Below, piece after piece: positions 17,681 through 26,337 of a DNA stretch of 64,000 nt (position 1 is the first letter of the stretch; each line of letters opens with the position of its first letter). The DNA is from an uncultured Gemmatimonadaceae bacterium (GTDB taxonomy: Bacteria > Gemmatimonadota > Gemmatimonadetes > Gemmatimonadales > GWC2-71-9). The translations under genes were made by a program, and so were the position numbers. Where the stretch lies: contig CAYXIK010000001.1 in assembly GCA_964465315.1 (NCBI GenBank), positions 67,107 to 131,106 on the forward strand, in the 5' to 3' direction. Below the pieces are notes generated by a model. The model was not told the origin of the DNA, made no database searches, and saw only the letters and a program-made list of their open reading frames with translations.

Positions 17681-18610
17681 GTGGTCAGCGCGCAGGACGT
17701 GCGGGAGGCCGCCGCGGGGCTCGCCGGCGTGGCGGTACGCACGCCGCTGCGCTTCGTGGACCAGCTGAACGCGTACCTGAAGCTCGAGAGCATGCAGCCG
17801 ATGGGCGCGTTCAAGCTGCGCGGGGCCTACAACGCCATACGTCGCATGCCGCACGACGTACGACGTAACGGAGTCATCACCTACTCCAGCGGAAATCACG
17901 GACAGGCCGTCGCCTACGCCGCGCAGCTGGTGGGGGCGCGGGCGGTGATCGTGATGCCAGAGACCGCACCGCCGGTGAAGGTCGCCGGGGTGAAGAAATG
18001 GGGTGGCGAGGTGGTGTTCGCGGGCCGAACGTCGGACGACCGCCAGCGCAAGGCTGAGGAGATCGCGGCGCAGGAAGGCCTCGCGATCATCCCGCCGTTC
18101 GATCACCCGGACATCGTCGCCGGGCAGGCGACCGTGGGACTCGAGATCGCCGAGCAGCTGCCGGACGTGCGGACGGTAGTCGTTCCCGTCGGCGGCGGCG
18201 GCCTCATCGCCGGCGTCGTGACGGGACTCGCGGCTGCGGGGAGCCGCGCCACGGTGTGGGGCGTCGAGCCCAGCGGCGCGCCCAAGCTCAAGCGCTCGCT
18301 CGAGGCGGGTCGCCCCGTGCGGCTCGATCGTACCGCGAGCCTGGCGGACGGGCTGATCACGCTCAGCGTGGGCGCGATCCCGTTCGCGCACCTCGCGGCG
18401 CAGCGGGACCGGCTGGGAGGCGTGGTCCTCGTGGAGGATGACGCGTTGCGTGAGGCGGTGCAGTTTCTCTGGCGCGAATGCCACCTGACGGTCGAGCCGT
18501 CGGGGGCCGCCACGACGGCGGCGGCGCGCTCCGGTGCGGTGCGCCCCGTCCCCCCCACTGTGCTGGTGGTGAGCGGTGGCAACGTCGATCCCTCGCTGCT
18601 AGAGGACTGA
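17681..18610 (+). CDS. PLP-dependent threonine/serine dehydratase family enzyme
   Basis: Track ORF 17561..18610 trimmed to GTG 17681, 1 nt after the gyrA stop. It has the PLP-Lys motif GAFKLRGA, SSGNHGQAVAYAA and VGGGGLIAG. Confidence 0.8.
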   Translation: MVSAQDVREAAAGLAGVAVRTPLRFVDQLNAYLKLESMQPMGAFKLRGAYNAIRRMPHDVRRNGVITYSSGNHGQAVAYAAQLVGARAVIVMPETAPPVKVAGVKKWGGEVVFAGRTSDDRQRKAEEIAAQEGLAIIPPFDHPDIVAGQATVGLEIAEQLPDVRTVVVPVGGGGLIAGVVTGLAAAGSRATVWGVEPSGAPKLKRSLEAGRPVRLDRTASLADGLITLSVGAIPFAHLAAQRDRLGGVVLVEDDALREAVQFLWRECHLTVEPSGAATTAAARSGAVRPVPPTVLVVSGGNVDPSLLED

Positions 18611-18619
18611 GAGAAGACG

Positions 18620-20062
18620 ATGCCCCCCGAGTCCGGCCTCGCCAAGATCCTCGTCGCGGACGACGATCAGTCCCTCGTCCGCACGCTCAGCTGGATTCTC
18701 AAGGAGAACGGCTACGAGGTCGTCACCGCGCCCGGCGGCGAAGGACTGATCGGGAAGCTCGAGGAGGAGCGCCCCAACCTGCTGCTCCTCGACATCATGA
18801 TGCCCAAGGTCGACGGATTACAGCTCCTCGCGAAAATGAAGGCCGACGAGCGATTCCGTGACGTGCCCGTCCTCATGATCTCGTCGATGCCCCCGGAAGA
18901 AGCGACGGTCAAGGCGCTGGGACTGGGCGCGGCGGACTTCATCTCCAAGCCGTTCCGCGTGCGTGAGCTGCTGGCGCGCGTCAAGGCGCACATCCGCTCC
19001 GCGCAGGAGCTGAGTCGCGCCCGCGACGAGGCGCAGAGCCGGGCCGCGATTGTCGACATCCTGCATGAGGTGACGGACTCGCTCAAGCCGGACGAGATCT
19101 ATCACATCCTCGTCCGGCGAGTCGCCCGCGTGCTGCAGATCTCGAAATGCTCGATGGTGCTCGCCAAGCCGGGAGACCAGCTGGGTGTGGTGGTGGCGGC
19201 CTACGAAAACCCCATGCTTCGGAACCTGCAGATCGAGCTCGCCCGCTATCCGGAGATCCAGCGCGCGCTCACCACGGGCCGGTCCGTGCTGGTCGAGGAT
19301 GTGGCGTCCGACCCGCTCTATCACGACGAGCGACAGCGGTGGCAGCGCGAACAGATCACCGTCCCCACTCGCTCCGCCGTGGCGCTCCCGTTCTCCATGA
19401 AGGACCAACAGCTCGGCGTGTTCTTCCTTCGTACCACCGGTGAGGATCCGCCGCTCACGCGAGCCGACGCCCAGTTCTCGGAGACCGTGATCCGGACGGC
19501 GGTGGCCGCGATCGAGAAGGCGTACGACTTCGAAACCGCGGTGTCGGACAAGAAACGTCTTGAGAAGCTGGCAGCGACGGACGCCCTAACGGGCTGCCTC
19601 AACCGGCGCGCCCTCTCGGAGGAGCTCGAGGCGGAGCTCGACCGCGCCCGGCGGTACAATCTGGCGCTCACCATCCTGCTCGCGGACATCGACCGGTTCA
19701 AGCTGGTGAACGACACGCGGGGGCACATCGCCGGCGATTCCGTGCTGCGCCAGGTGGGCGAGATCCTGCGACGCGAGGCGCGCTCGGTGGACCTGGTGGC
19801 CCGCTATGGCGGCGAGGAGTTCGTCGTCGTGATGCCCGAGACGGCGCTCCACGGCTCCGCCATCTTCGCCGAACGCCTGCGCCGCCGCGTGATGCACCAC
19901 GACTTCGCCGATCCCGGAGAGGACCCGCTCAACCTGACCATCTCGATCGGGCTCGCGTCCTTCCCGGACGACCGCGTGAGCGGCGCGGACAGCTTCGTGG
20001 CACTGGCCGACCAGGCCCTCTATCGCGCCAAGAACGAAGGCCGCAACTTGGTTCGCCAATGA
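18620..20062 (+). CDS. Response-regulator receiver - GAF - GGDEF diguanylate cyclase
   Basis: 480 aa. REC domain (ILVADDD...LLLLDIMMPKVDG...KP), a central GAF-like region, and a GGDEF domain with an RxxD-type site and an active-site GGEEF. Confidence 0.9.
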   Translation: MPPESGLAKILVADDDQSLVRTLSWILKENGYEVVTAPGGEGLIGKLEEERPNLLLLDIMMPKVDGLQLLAKMKADERFRDVPVLMISSMPPEEATVKALGLGAADFISKPFRVRELLARVKAHIRSAQELSRARDEAQSRAAIVDILHEVTDSLKPDEIYHILVRRVARVLQISKCSMVLAKPGDQLGVVVAAYENPMLRNLQIELARYPEIQRALTTGRSVLVEDVASDPLYHDERQRWQREQITVPTRSAVALPFSMKDQQLGVFFLRTTGEDPPLTRADAQFSETVIRTAVAAIEKAYDFETAVSDKKRLEKLAATDALTGCLNRRALSEELEAELDRARRYNLALTILLADIDRFKLVNDTRGHIAGDSVLRQVGEILRREARSVDLVARYGGEEFVVVMPETALHGSAIFAERLRRRVMHHDFADPGEDPLNLTISIGLASFPDDRVSGADSFVALADQALYRAKNEGRNLVRQ

Positions 20063-21156
20063 GCGAGCGCCGCTGTCCCAAGTGTGGAACGGTGTACGGC
20101 GACACCGCCCGGTTCTGCCCGCGCGACGGCAGCATGCTCGTGGAGGTCCAGGCCCGGTCGGCGGCTCCGCCCTCACCCGGCGCCTCCGGCGGTGGCACCG
20201 CGGTCCGCACGCCCCCGACGCCCAAACCCGGGCTCGACCGCGCTTCGTCGCTTTCGGGCCAGGTGCTCGACTCGCGCTATCAGGTGCAGAAGAAGCTCGG
20301 TGAGGGCGGGATGTCCTACGTCTACCTCGCCCGCGAAGTGGCGACGGGAAACGACGTCGCGATCAAAGTGCTGTCCCCCAAGCTCGCGACCGACCGTAGC
20401 TCGGTGGAGCGGCTGCGGCGCGAGGCCGGCCTCGCCATGCGACTCGAACATCCCAACGTCTGCCGCATCCTCCGCTTAGGCGAGTCCGAGGACGGGCTGA
20501 TCTATCTCGTCATGCCGTTTCTCAAGGGGGAGCTGCTCTCCGACCGCGAGGTGAAAAGTGGGCCGATGGCGGTCGACGTCGGCGTCGCCGTGCTGCGGCA
20601 GGTCTGCGCCGGCCTCCACCACGCGCACGAGCTGCAGATCGTTCACCGCGATCTGAAGCCCGAGAATATCATGCTCGTCGTGGAAGACGGCGGCTCCGAG
20701 CGCGCCGTGGTGATGGACTTCGGGCTGGCCAAGGAGCGGCGCGCCGAGGGGCCGCTCGCGAAGCTCACGGCCACCGGCATCATCCTCGGGACTCCCGAGT
20801 TCATGAGCCCGGAGCAGATTCGTGGCAAACAGCTCGACGCGCGGTCGGATATCTACGCGCTTGGCATTGTCGCCTTCGAAATGTTCACCGGCAAGCTACC
20901 CTTCCAGGGGCGCAACGCGCAGGAGATGATGATCGCCCGGCTCCGCGGCCAGCCGCTGAAGCTCCGCCAGCTTCGGGCCGACGCGCCCGAGCCGCTGGAG
21001 AAGGCGTTGGCGCGGGCGATGGAATCGAATCCGGACCACCGCTACGACACGGCCCTCGATTTCGCTGCAGCGTTGGCCGGCGTAGCCGGGGGCGGGGGCG
21101 GGGGCGGGGCGGGCGAAGGCGGATTTCTCTCGAAGATCAAGGAGAAGCTGAAATAA
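20059..21156 (+). CDS. Ser/Thr protein kinase with an N-terminal zinc ribbon
   Basis: 365 aa with CPKCG...CPRDG, then Hanks kinase motifs (VAIK, HRDLKPENIM, DFGLA, GTPEFMSPEQ). Its ATGA overlaps the upstream stop. Confidence 0.9.
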   Translation: MSERRCPKCGTVYGDTARFCPRDGSMLVEVQARSAAPPSPGASGGGTAVRTPPTPKPGLDRASSLSGQVLDSRYQVQKKLGEGGMSYVYLAREVATGNDVAIKVLSPKLATDRSSVERLRREAGLAMRLEHPNVCRILRLGESEDGLIYLVMPFLKGELLSDREVKSGPMAVDVGVAVLRQVCAGLHHAHELQIVHRDLKPENIMLVVEDGGSERAVVMDFGLAKERRAEGPLAKLTATGIILGTPEFMSPEQIRGKQLDARSDIYALGIVAFEMFTGKLPFQGRNAQEMMIARLRGQPLKLRQLRADAPEPLEKALARAMESNPDHRYDTALDFAAALAGVAGGGGGGGAGEGGFLSKIKEKLK

Positions 21157-21215
21157 GGCGTTTCCCGGCGTTCGATCCACCCGAGTACGTCGAATGGCGT
21201 CCCGACCCCGCACTC

Positions 21216-22268
21216 GTGCGCACGTTTCGCGCGACCGTCGAGGGAGATGCCGAGCGCGCCGCCGTTGTCGCCGGCCTCACGAGCGACAGCAAGCTCGCCC
21301 TCTACGCCGGTCTGCTCCGTGCCCGCCTCCACGACATCCAGCTCAAGCGGTGGGTGCGCACCGGGGTGATCTCCAAGGCTTGGCTTGGGACCGGGGAGGA
21401 GGCCACGACGGTCGGACCCGTGCACGCGCTCGAGCGGGGGAGAGATATCGTGGCGCCGATGATCCGCAACGCGGCGGCGTGCTGCGAGCTCGGGCTGCCG
21501 GTCGCGGACATGCTCCGGGCCTATCTTGGCAGCGACGACTCGCCGTCGCGGGGCCGGGACCTCCACGTCGGCGCCTGGGCACAGGGGGTTCTGCAGCCGA
21601 TCTCGCATGTCGGAGACATGGTGCCCGTGATCACGGGCATCGGTCTCGCGTTCAAGATGCGGGCGGAGCCACGGGTGGCTCTCACGTGGGTGGGCGACGG
21701 GTCCACGAAGACCGCGTCCGCGCACGAAGGCACGAACTTCGCGGCCGTGCAAAAGGTGCCGGTCATCTTCATCGTCCAGAACAATCAGGTAGCGCTCGGC
21801 ACGCGTCTCGAGCAGCACCACCTCGCTCACGACTTTCGCGATTGGGCGGCGAGCTACGGCATCCTGGGAGCGACGTTCGATGGCAACAACGTGCTCGACG
21901 CCTACGCGACGACGAAGCTGGCCGCCGACCGTTGCCGTCGCGGCGACGGACCGGCGCTCCTCGTCGCCGAGACGTTCCGCATGGGCGGGCACGCTACGCA
22001 CGACGAGCGGGAGGCACGCGAGACCCTCCCCGACGACCTCTTCAAGACTTGGGGGAAGCGTGACCCGATCGGGTTGTATGAGGAGTACCTGAAGGAGGAC
22101 CGGATCCCGGTGAAGCGTCTCGAGGAAATCGAAGCGGCGGTGACCGTGGAGGTCGACCGCGCCGCCGAGGAGGCCTTGCAGAGCCGCGACAGGATGCCGG
22201 TCGGTCAGTCGGCGCTCGACGGCGTGTACGCCAACAATGCAAGTGCGCATTCGAGGGTGAGCTCATGA
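21216..22268 (+). CDS. TPP-dependent 2-oxoacid dehydrogenase E1 component, alpha subunit-like
   Basis: 350 aa with the TPP-binding pattern GDGSTKTASAHEGTNFAAVQKVPVIFIVQNNQVALGT. The start (GTG 21216) is uncertain. Confidence 0.75.
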   Translation: MRTFRATVEGDAERAAVVAGLTSDSKLALYAGLLRARLHDIQLKRWVRTGVISKAWLGTGEEATTVGPVHALERGRDIVAPMIRNAAACCELGLPVADMLRAYLGSDDSPSRGRDLHVGAWAQGVLQPISHVGDMVPVITGIGLAFKMRAEPRVALTWVGDGSTKTASAHEGTNFAAVQKVPVIFIVQNNQVALGTRLEQHHLAHDFRDWAASYGILGATFDGNNVLDAYATTKLAADRCRRGDGPALLVAETFRMGGHATHDEREARETLPDDLFKTWGKRDPIGLYEEYLKEDRIPVKRLEEIEAAVTVEVDRAAEEALQSRDRMPVGQSALDGVYANNASAHSRVSS

Positions 22269-23008
22269 ACGTGAAGATCGCAGTCGCGGTGATTCTCCTT
22301 TCCGTCGTGTCCTCATTCCGTCGTTCCGTCGACGTCCACGCGGAATACGTCAAGTTTCTCTCGGGCAAGGACACCATCACGGCCTACCTCGCGTACCCCG
22401 AGCGCAAGGATCGGGCACCGGCGGTGGTCGTGATTCACGAGGTGTTTGGCATGTCGGACTTCGTCCGCCAGACCACGGAGCAGCTCGCCCGCGACGGATT
22501 CGTGGCAATCGCCCCGGACCTCCTGTCGCGCCGGGGCGGCACGCCCGCGTCGACGGACGATGCGCGCAAGCTCATTGCGACGCTCAACCCCGACACGGTC
22601 ACGCAGGATCTCGACGCCACGGTGGCCTACGTGAAGCGGCTCACGGCGGTCCGGCCCGACCGCGTGGGTGTGATCGGCTTCTGCTGGGGCGGCGGGCAAA
22701 GCTTCCGCTACGCGACGAACAATCCGTCGCTGCGCGCGTTTGTGGTGTGCTACGGCGTCGGACCGGACGCAATGACGATCGCGCGCATCCGGGCGGCGGG
22801 GCTTGGCGTGTACGCGGAGAACGACGCGCGGATCAACGCCGGACTCTCGGACGTAGACGCGGCGATACGGACCTACCACAAGAAGTACCGCTATGACGTC
22901 TATCCGGGCGTGGGCCACGGGTTCTTCCGGACGCGGGACAAACCGGAGGTCGCAGACAGCGCGTGGAAGGCCGTGGTAGGGTTCTTGCGGGCGAACCTGG
23001 AAGGCTAG
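22265..23008 (+). CDS. Dienelactone hydrolase family protein, secreted
   Basis: 247 aa. Signal peptide MNVKIAVAVILLSVVSS. VVVIHEVFG...GFCWGG nucleophile elbow...GVGHGF. Its ATGA overlaps the E1-alpha stop. Confidence 0.85.
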   Translation: MNVKIAVAVILLSVVSSFRRSVDVHAEYVKFLSGKDTITAYLAYPERKDRAPAVVVIHEVFGMSDFVRQTTEQLARDGFVAIAPDLLSRRGGTPASTDDARKLIATLNPDTVTQDLDATVAYVKRLTAVRPDRVGVIGFCWGGGQSFRYATNNPSLRAFVVCYGVGPDAMTIARIRAAGLGVYAENDARINAGLSDVDAAIRTYHKKYRYDVYPGVGHGFFRTRDKPEVADSAWKAVVGFLRANLEG

Positions 23009-24309
23009 GGCTTCCCGCCCTTCAAGTATTCCCGCGCCCGGTCGAGCGCGGGCTCGCTTCCGGCGAGCAGGTCGTTCACCGTGCGTGGCACGACGATGTC
23101 CGGCTTGATCCCAACCCCTGCGAACTCGGTGCCATCGGGGGACTGGTGGCGTGCGACGGAAAACTGGACGCCCCAGCTCTTCGGCAGCGCGAACGTAGCC
23201 ACATCTCCGGGACTTCCAGCCGAACGCTCGCCGATGATCAGGCCGCGCCCCGCGGCCCGGAACGCCGCCAGCAGGTCCTCCGCCGCGCCCGACGTGGCGC
23301 TCGACGCCAGGATCGCGAGTGGCCCTCCGTAGGGAGGCCGGTCAACGCGTGGCGCAACCGTTCCCATCTCCTGGCCGTACCACGTAAAGGCGGAGTCGGC
23401 CAGGTTCCACGCCCGGAACACGGCGCGATACTCGGGTGTTCTCCAGCGCACCGTGGTGAAGGGGCGGTCGGACAGGCGCGCGAGGATCTGGTAGGCGTAC
23501 TCGGTCTTGCCGCCGACCGCGTGTCGCAGATCGAGCACCATGGCCTGCACCCGCCCGAAGTCCGGGAAGGCGAGGTCGAGCTGCCGTACCGCCTCCGCGT
23601 CCGCGAGCGACGCGATGCGCACGACGGCCACGCCACCGGGCAGCGTATCCGTGGCGAACGCCGGCGGGTCGAGTGGCCAGCGATCATTGAGCGAAAGACT
23701 ACGGGTCACACTGAGCCCGCGGGGCTCGCCGCCCGGCACGCGCACGAGAAGATGAAGCGATGTGCCCTTTTCGCCCTCGAGCATCCACGCGACGGCGCGT
23801 AGCCAGCGATCAGGCACCGTGGCCGCCGGGATCTCCGGAAGCACCGAGTCCCGGATCCACAGCTCCGCGGGAATGCCCTGGACCGCGATGATCTCGGCGA
23901 GACGCTCGGGCCGGGCCACGCGCATCTCGTCGTTCTGCGCGTAATCCAGGATGAACGGGCGCCGCTCGGCGTTCTCCAGGAGCAGCGGCGGGCGCGCGAT
24001 GCGGGACCGAAGGTGTGGGGGAGCGATCACGGCAGCCTGCCCGTCGCCGAGCAGCGCGACGAGGCGGCGCAGCCGGCGGTAAAAGAGCAGGTCCGACTGC
24101 GGCTCGGCCGCGAGCTTCAGGCTCGCAGCGAGCGCCGAGTCCCAGTCTGCGCGGACGCGGTCCCAGTACGCGTAGTTGTAACGCGCCTCGGCCCACACGG
24201 TGGCCACGGCCACGCCGCGCTCGGTCGCGCTGAGCTGCTGGCCGACGAGCGCCTGCGGCACGAGCGCCGCCGCGATCGACCATGAGAGGAGCCTCACACG
24301 AGTGGCCAC
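23005..24309 (-). CDS. S41-family (C-terminal processing / tail-specific-like) peptidase, secreted
   Basis: 434 aa with a signal peptide, GERSAGSPGD (nucleophile Ser region) and GVGIKPD. The start is GTG 24309 or GTG 24297. Confidence 0.75.
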   Translation of the reverse strand: MATRVRLLSWSIAAALVPQALVGQQLSATERGVAVATVWAEARYNYAYWDRVRADWDSALAASLKLAAEPQSDLLFYRRLRRLVALLGDGQAAVIAPPHLRSRIARPPLLLENAERRPFILDYAQNDEMRVARPERLAEIIAVQGIPAELWIRDSVLPEIPAATVPDRWLRAVAWMLEGEKGTSLHLLVRVPGGEPRGLSVTRSLSLNDRWPLDPPAFATDTLPGGVAVVRIASLADAEAVRQLDLAFPDFGRVQAMVLDLRHAVGGKTEYAYQILARLSDRPFTTVRWRTPEYRAVFRAWNLADSAFTWYGQEMGTVAPRVDRPPYGGPLAILASSATSGAAEDLLAAFRAAGRGLIIGERSAGSPGDVATFALPKSWGVQFSVARHQSPDGTEFAGVGIKPDIVVPRTVNDLLAGSEPALDRAREYLKGGKP

Positions 24310-25561
24310 GCGGCTAATCTATCTGCTTCTGTTCCTCGCGCCGCAGGTGCTCATCTACCGGTACTTGCGCGAGCGGCTGCCGAACCCCGACCGGCCTCAT
24401 CGGGCACGCGTCGTACGCCGGGCGTTGGCGGTCGTCTTCATCGTGCTCAACGTCCCCTGGCTCTTGATTGGCGCGCGTGTGCTGTTCGGCGGAAGCGTGT
24501 GGAGCATCGGCCGGATCCCCTTCACCGGTCCCTGGATCGCCTGGCAGCTGTTGGGATGGATCTACGGCGCCCTGATCGCGATCTACGTGCTCGGCAAGGC
24601 GATATGGTGGCTGGCGCAACGAGCGCGTAGTACGTGGTTCGTGGTTGCCGCCGACCCCGAGCGGGCGTCCGATGGCCACCGCGATCAACCACGCACCAGG
24701 CACGACGCACTGCTGTCGCGCCGCCGCTTCCTCGCCCGCGCCACCTACCTCTACGCCGGCGCAGGCGCGGCGCTGTCAGCGCACGGCATCTGGAACGCCT
24801 ATCGGCTCCCCACGGTCACGCGCCGTACTCTATTGTTCCCCGACCTTCCCCCCGGTTTGGACGGGCTCCGGGTGCTCCACATCTCCGATCTGCACGCCGG
24901 CGTACACCTCGGCGAGGACCAGATGCAGGAGATCGTGACGCAGGCGAACCGGCTCCGGCCGGAGCTGATTGTCCAGACCGGAGACATGATCGACATCTCG
25001 CGCGACTACATCCCACCGTACGTGCGCGCGTTTCGCGAGCTCTCCGCGCCCCTCGGCGTGGTGACCGTGCTCGGGAACCACGACCGCTACACGGGCGAGC
25101 AGGAGGTCATCCGCGCCTGCCGCGACGCGGGACAGGTGTTCGTGCAGAACGGCTTTCATGTGGTCGAGCGTAACGGCGCCGCGCTCGCGCTCTTGGGAAT
25201 CGACGATCCACACAACTGGAAGATCGACGACCCGCAGCCCTCGGATGTGGACGCGGCATTGCGCGCGGCGCCACCCACGTCCCAAGCGTTCCGGGTGCTC
25301 CTGGCCCACCGCCCCGGCGCGTGGGACACCGCCGCCCCGCGCGGCATTCCGCTTACCCTGGCCGGACACATCCACGGTGGCCAGTTTTACTTGCCGCTGA
25401 TCGGCTGGTCGGCCGGGCGGATGATCACGAAGTACGTCATGGGACACTTCCAGCGGGGGAACAGCCAGCTGTACGTGAGCCGTGGTATCGGCGTCGTCGG
25501 CGTGCCGATCCGGGTGTTTACGCCGCCGGAGATTGAGGTGTTTGAACTGCGACGGATGTGA
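24302..25561 (+). CDS. Membrane-anchored metallophosphoesterase (YaeI-like)
   Basis: Track ORF 24200..25561 trimmed to GTG 24302 (start uncertain). N-terminal TM helices are followed by HISDLHAG, TGDMID, GNHD and GHIHGG motifs. Confidence 0.75.
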   Translation: MATRLIYLLLFLAPQVLIYRYLRERLPNPDRPHRARVVRRALAVVFIVLNVPWLLIGARVLFGGSVWSIGRIPFTGPWIAWQLLGWIYGALIAIYVLGKAIWWLAQRARSTWFVVAADPERASDGHRDQPRTRHDALLSRRRFLARATYLYAGAGAALSAHGIWNAYRLPTVTRRTLLFPDLPPGLDGLRVLHISDLHAGVHLGEDQMQEIVTQANRLRPELIVQTGDMIDISRDYIPPYVRAFRELSAPLGVVTVLGNHDRYTGEQEVIRACRDAGQVFVQNGFHVVERNGAALALLGIDDPHNWKIDDPQPSDVDAALRAAPPTSQAFRVLLAHRPGAWDTAAPRGIPLTLAGHIHGGQFYLPLIGWSAGRMITKYVMGHFQRGNSQLYVSRGIGVVGVPIRVFTPPEIEVFELRRM

Positions 25562-25576
25562 CGGCGACGGATCAGA

Positions 25577-25669
25577 AGGCGGGGGACGGGGAGGCGACGG
25601 TACGACGGACGATCGTGTCGCCCTCCCATCCGTCGCTTCTCATTCCGTCGCCGCCTTATCCCCCGCCTT
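25577..25669. terminator. Structured spacer between convergent genes (nested GC-rich inverted repeats, no U-tract)
   Basis: AAGGCGGGGGA (25577..25587) pairs with TCCCCCGCCTT (25659..25669). Inside that, GGGGAGGCGAC pairs with GTCGCCCTCCC with one bulge. It overlaps the TetR stop at 25640. Confidence 0.3.
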
Positions 25670-26230
25670 TATGGCATCCCACGCCCCGTCTAGCGCCAGC
25701 TTGATCCCCGCGTGCGTCTCTGGCCAGTCCCGCGCTGAGACGTGATCGATCGCGAGCGTCACGACGCCGAGCCACACGGCCGCCCACACTTCCGCGGCCC
25801 CAGGCTTGACGGAGCCATCGGCCTTGCCCTGCGCGATCAGGCTCTCGAGGCTCAGCCGAAAGTCACGGCCGGCCTTGCGGCTCTCGTCATCGAGCAGATC
25901 GTCGTTGCGCTGCACGAGGAACAGGCGCGCCACGGCGGGCTCACGCCCGGCGCCGGCCACCAGCTGGCGGCCGAGCTCGGCGAGCTTCTCGCGCGGCCCG
26001 ACCTTGAGCGCGTCGGCGTCCCGCACCAGCTTCGTCGCCCAGCGGGCGGCGGCGCGGTACAACTCGTTGAAGAAATGCTGTTTGCCGGTGAAGTGACGGT
26101 AAATGGTCCCTTCCGCGACGCCCGCCTTCTTCGCAATCAAGGGCGTGGTCGTCTCGTGGTAGCCTTGCGCCGTGAACAGCTCCAGCGCCGCGCGGACGAG
26201 ACGCTCCCGGGTGAGATCGGCCTGGGTCAT
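25640..26230 (-). CDS. TetR-family transcriptional regulator
   Basis: Trimmed to ATG 26230. HTH region RLVRAALELFTAQGYHETTTPLIAKKAGVAEGTIYRHF. It is divergent from the next gene. Confidence 0.9.
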   Translation of the reverse strand: MTQADLTRERLVRAALELFTAQGYHETTTPLIAKKAGVAEGTIYRHFTGKQHFFNELYRAAARWATKLVRDADALKVGPREKLAELGRQLVAGAGREPAVARLFLVQRNDDLLDDESRKAGRDFRLSLESLIAQGKADGSVKPGAAEVWAAVWLGVVTLAIDHVSARDWPETHAGIKLALDGAWDAIKAGDKAATE

Positions 26231-26337
26231 CGGCCGCGAATCTAACACGATGGCGAGCAGGGTTCCTTCTGCTCCGGGTCCCAGGTAGGTTTCCGCCGCT
26301 CCGTTTTCCGCGATTTCCATCCGGAGGCCTTTCCACG

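Noticed and set aside
26231-26337. A search for a TetR operator palindrome in the TetR / saccharopine-dehydrogenase divergent spacer.
   Set aside because: I found only a weak 5-bp inverted repeat (AGCAG..CTGCT) and TTCCG-type direct repeats, and no convincing 14-20 bp dyad.
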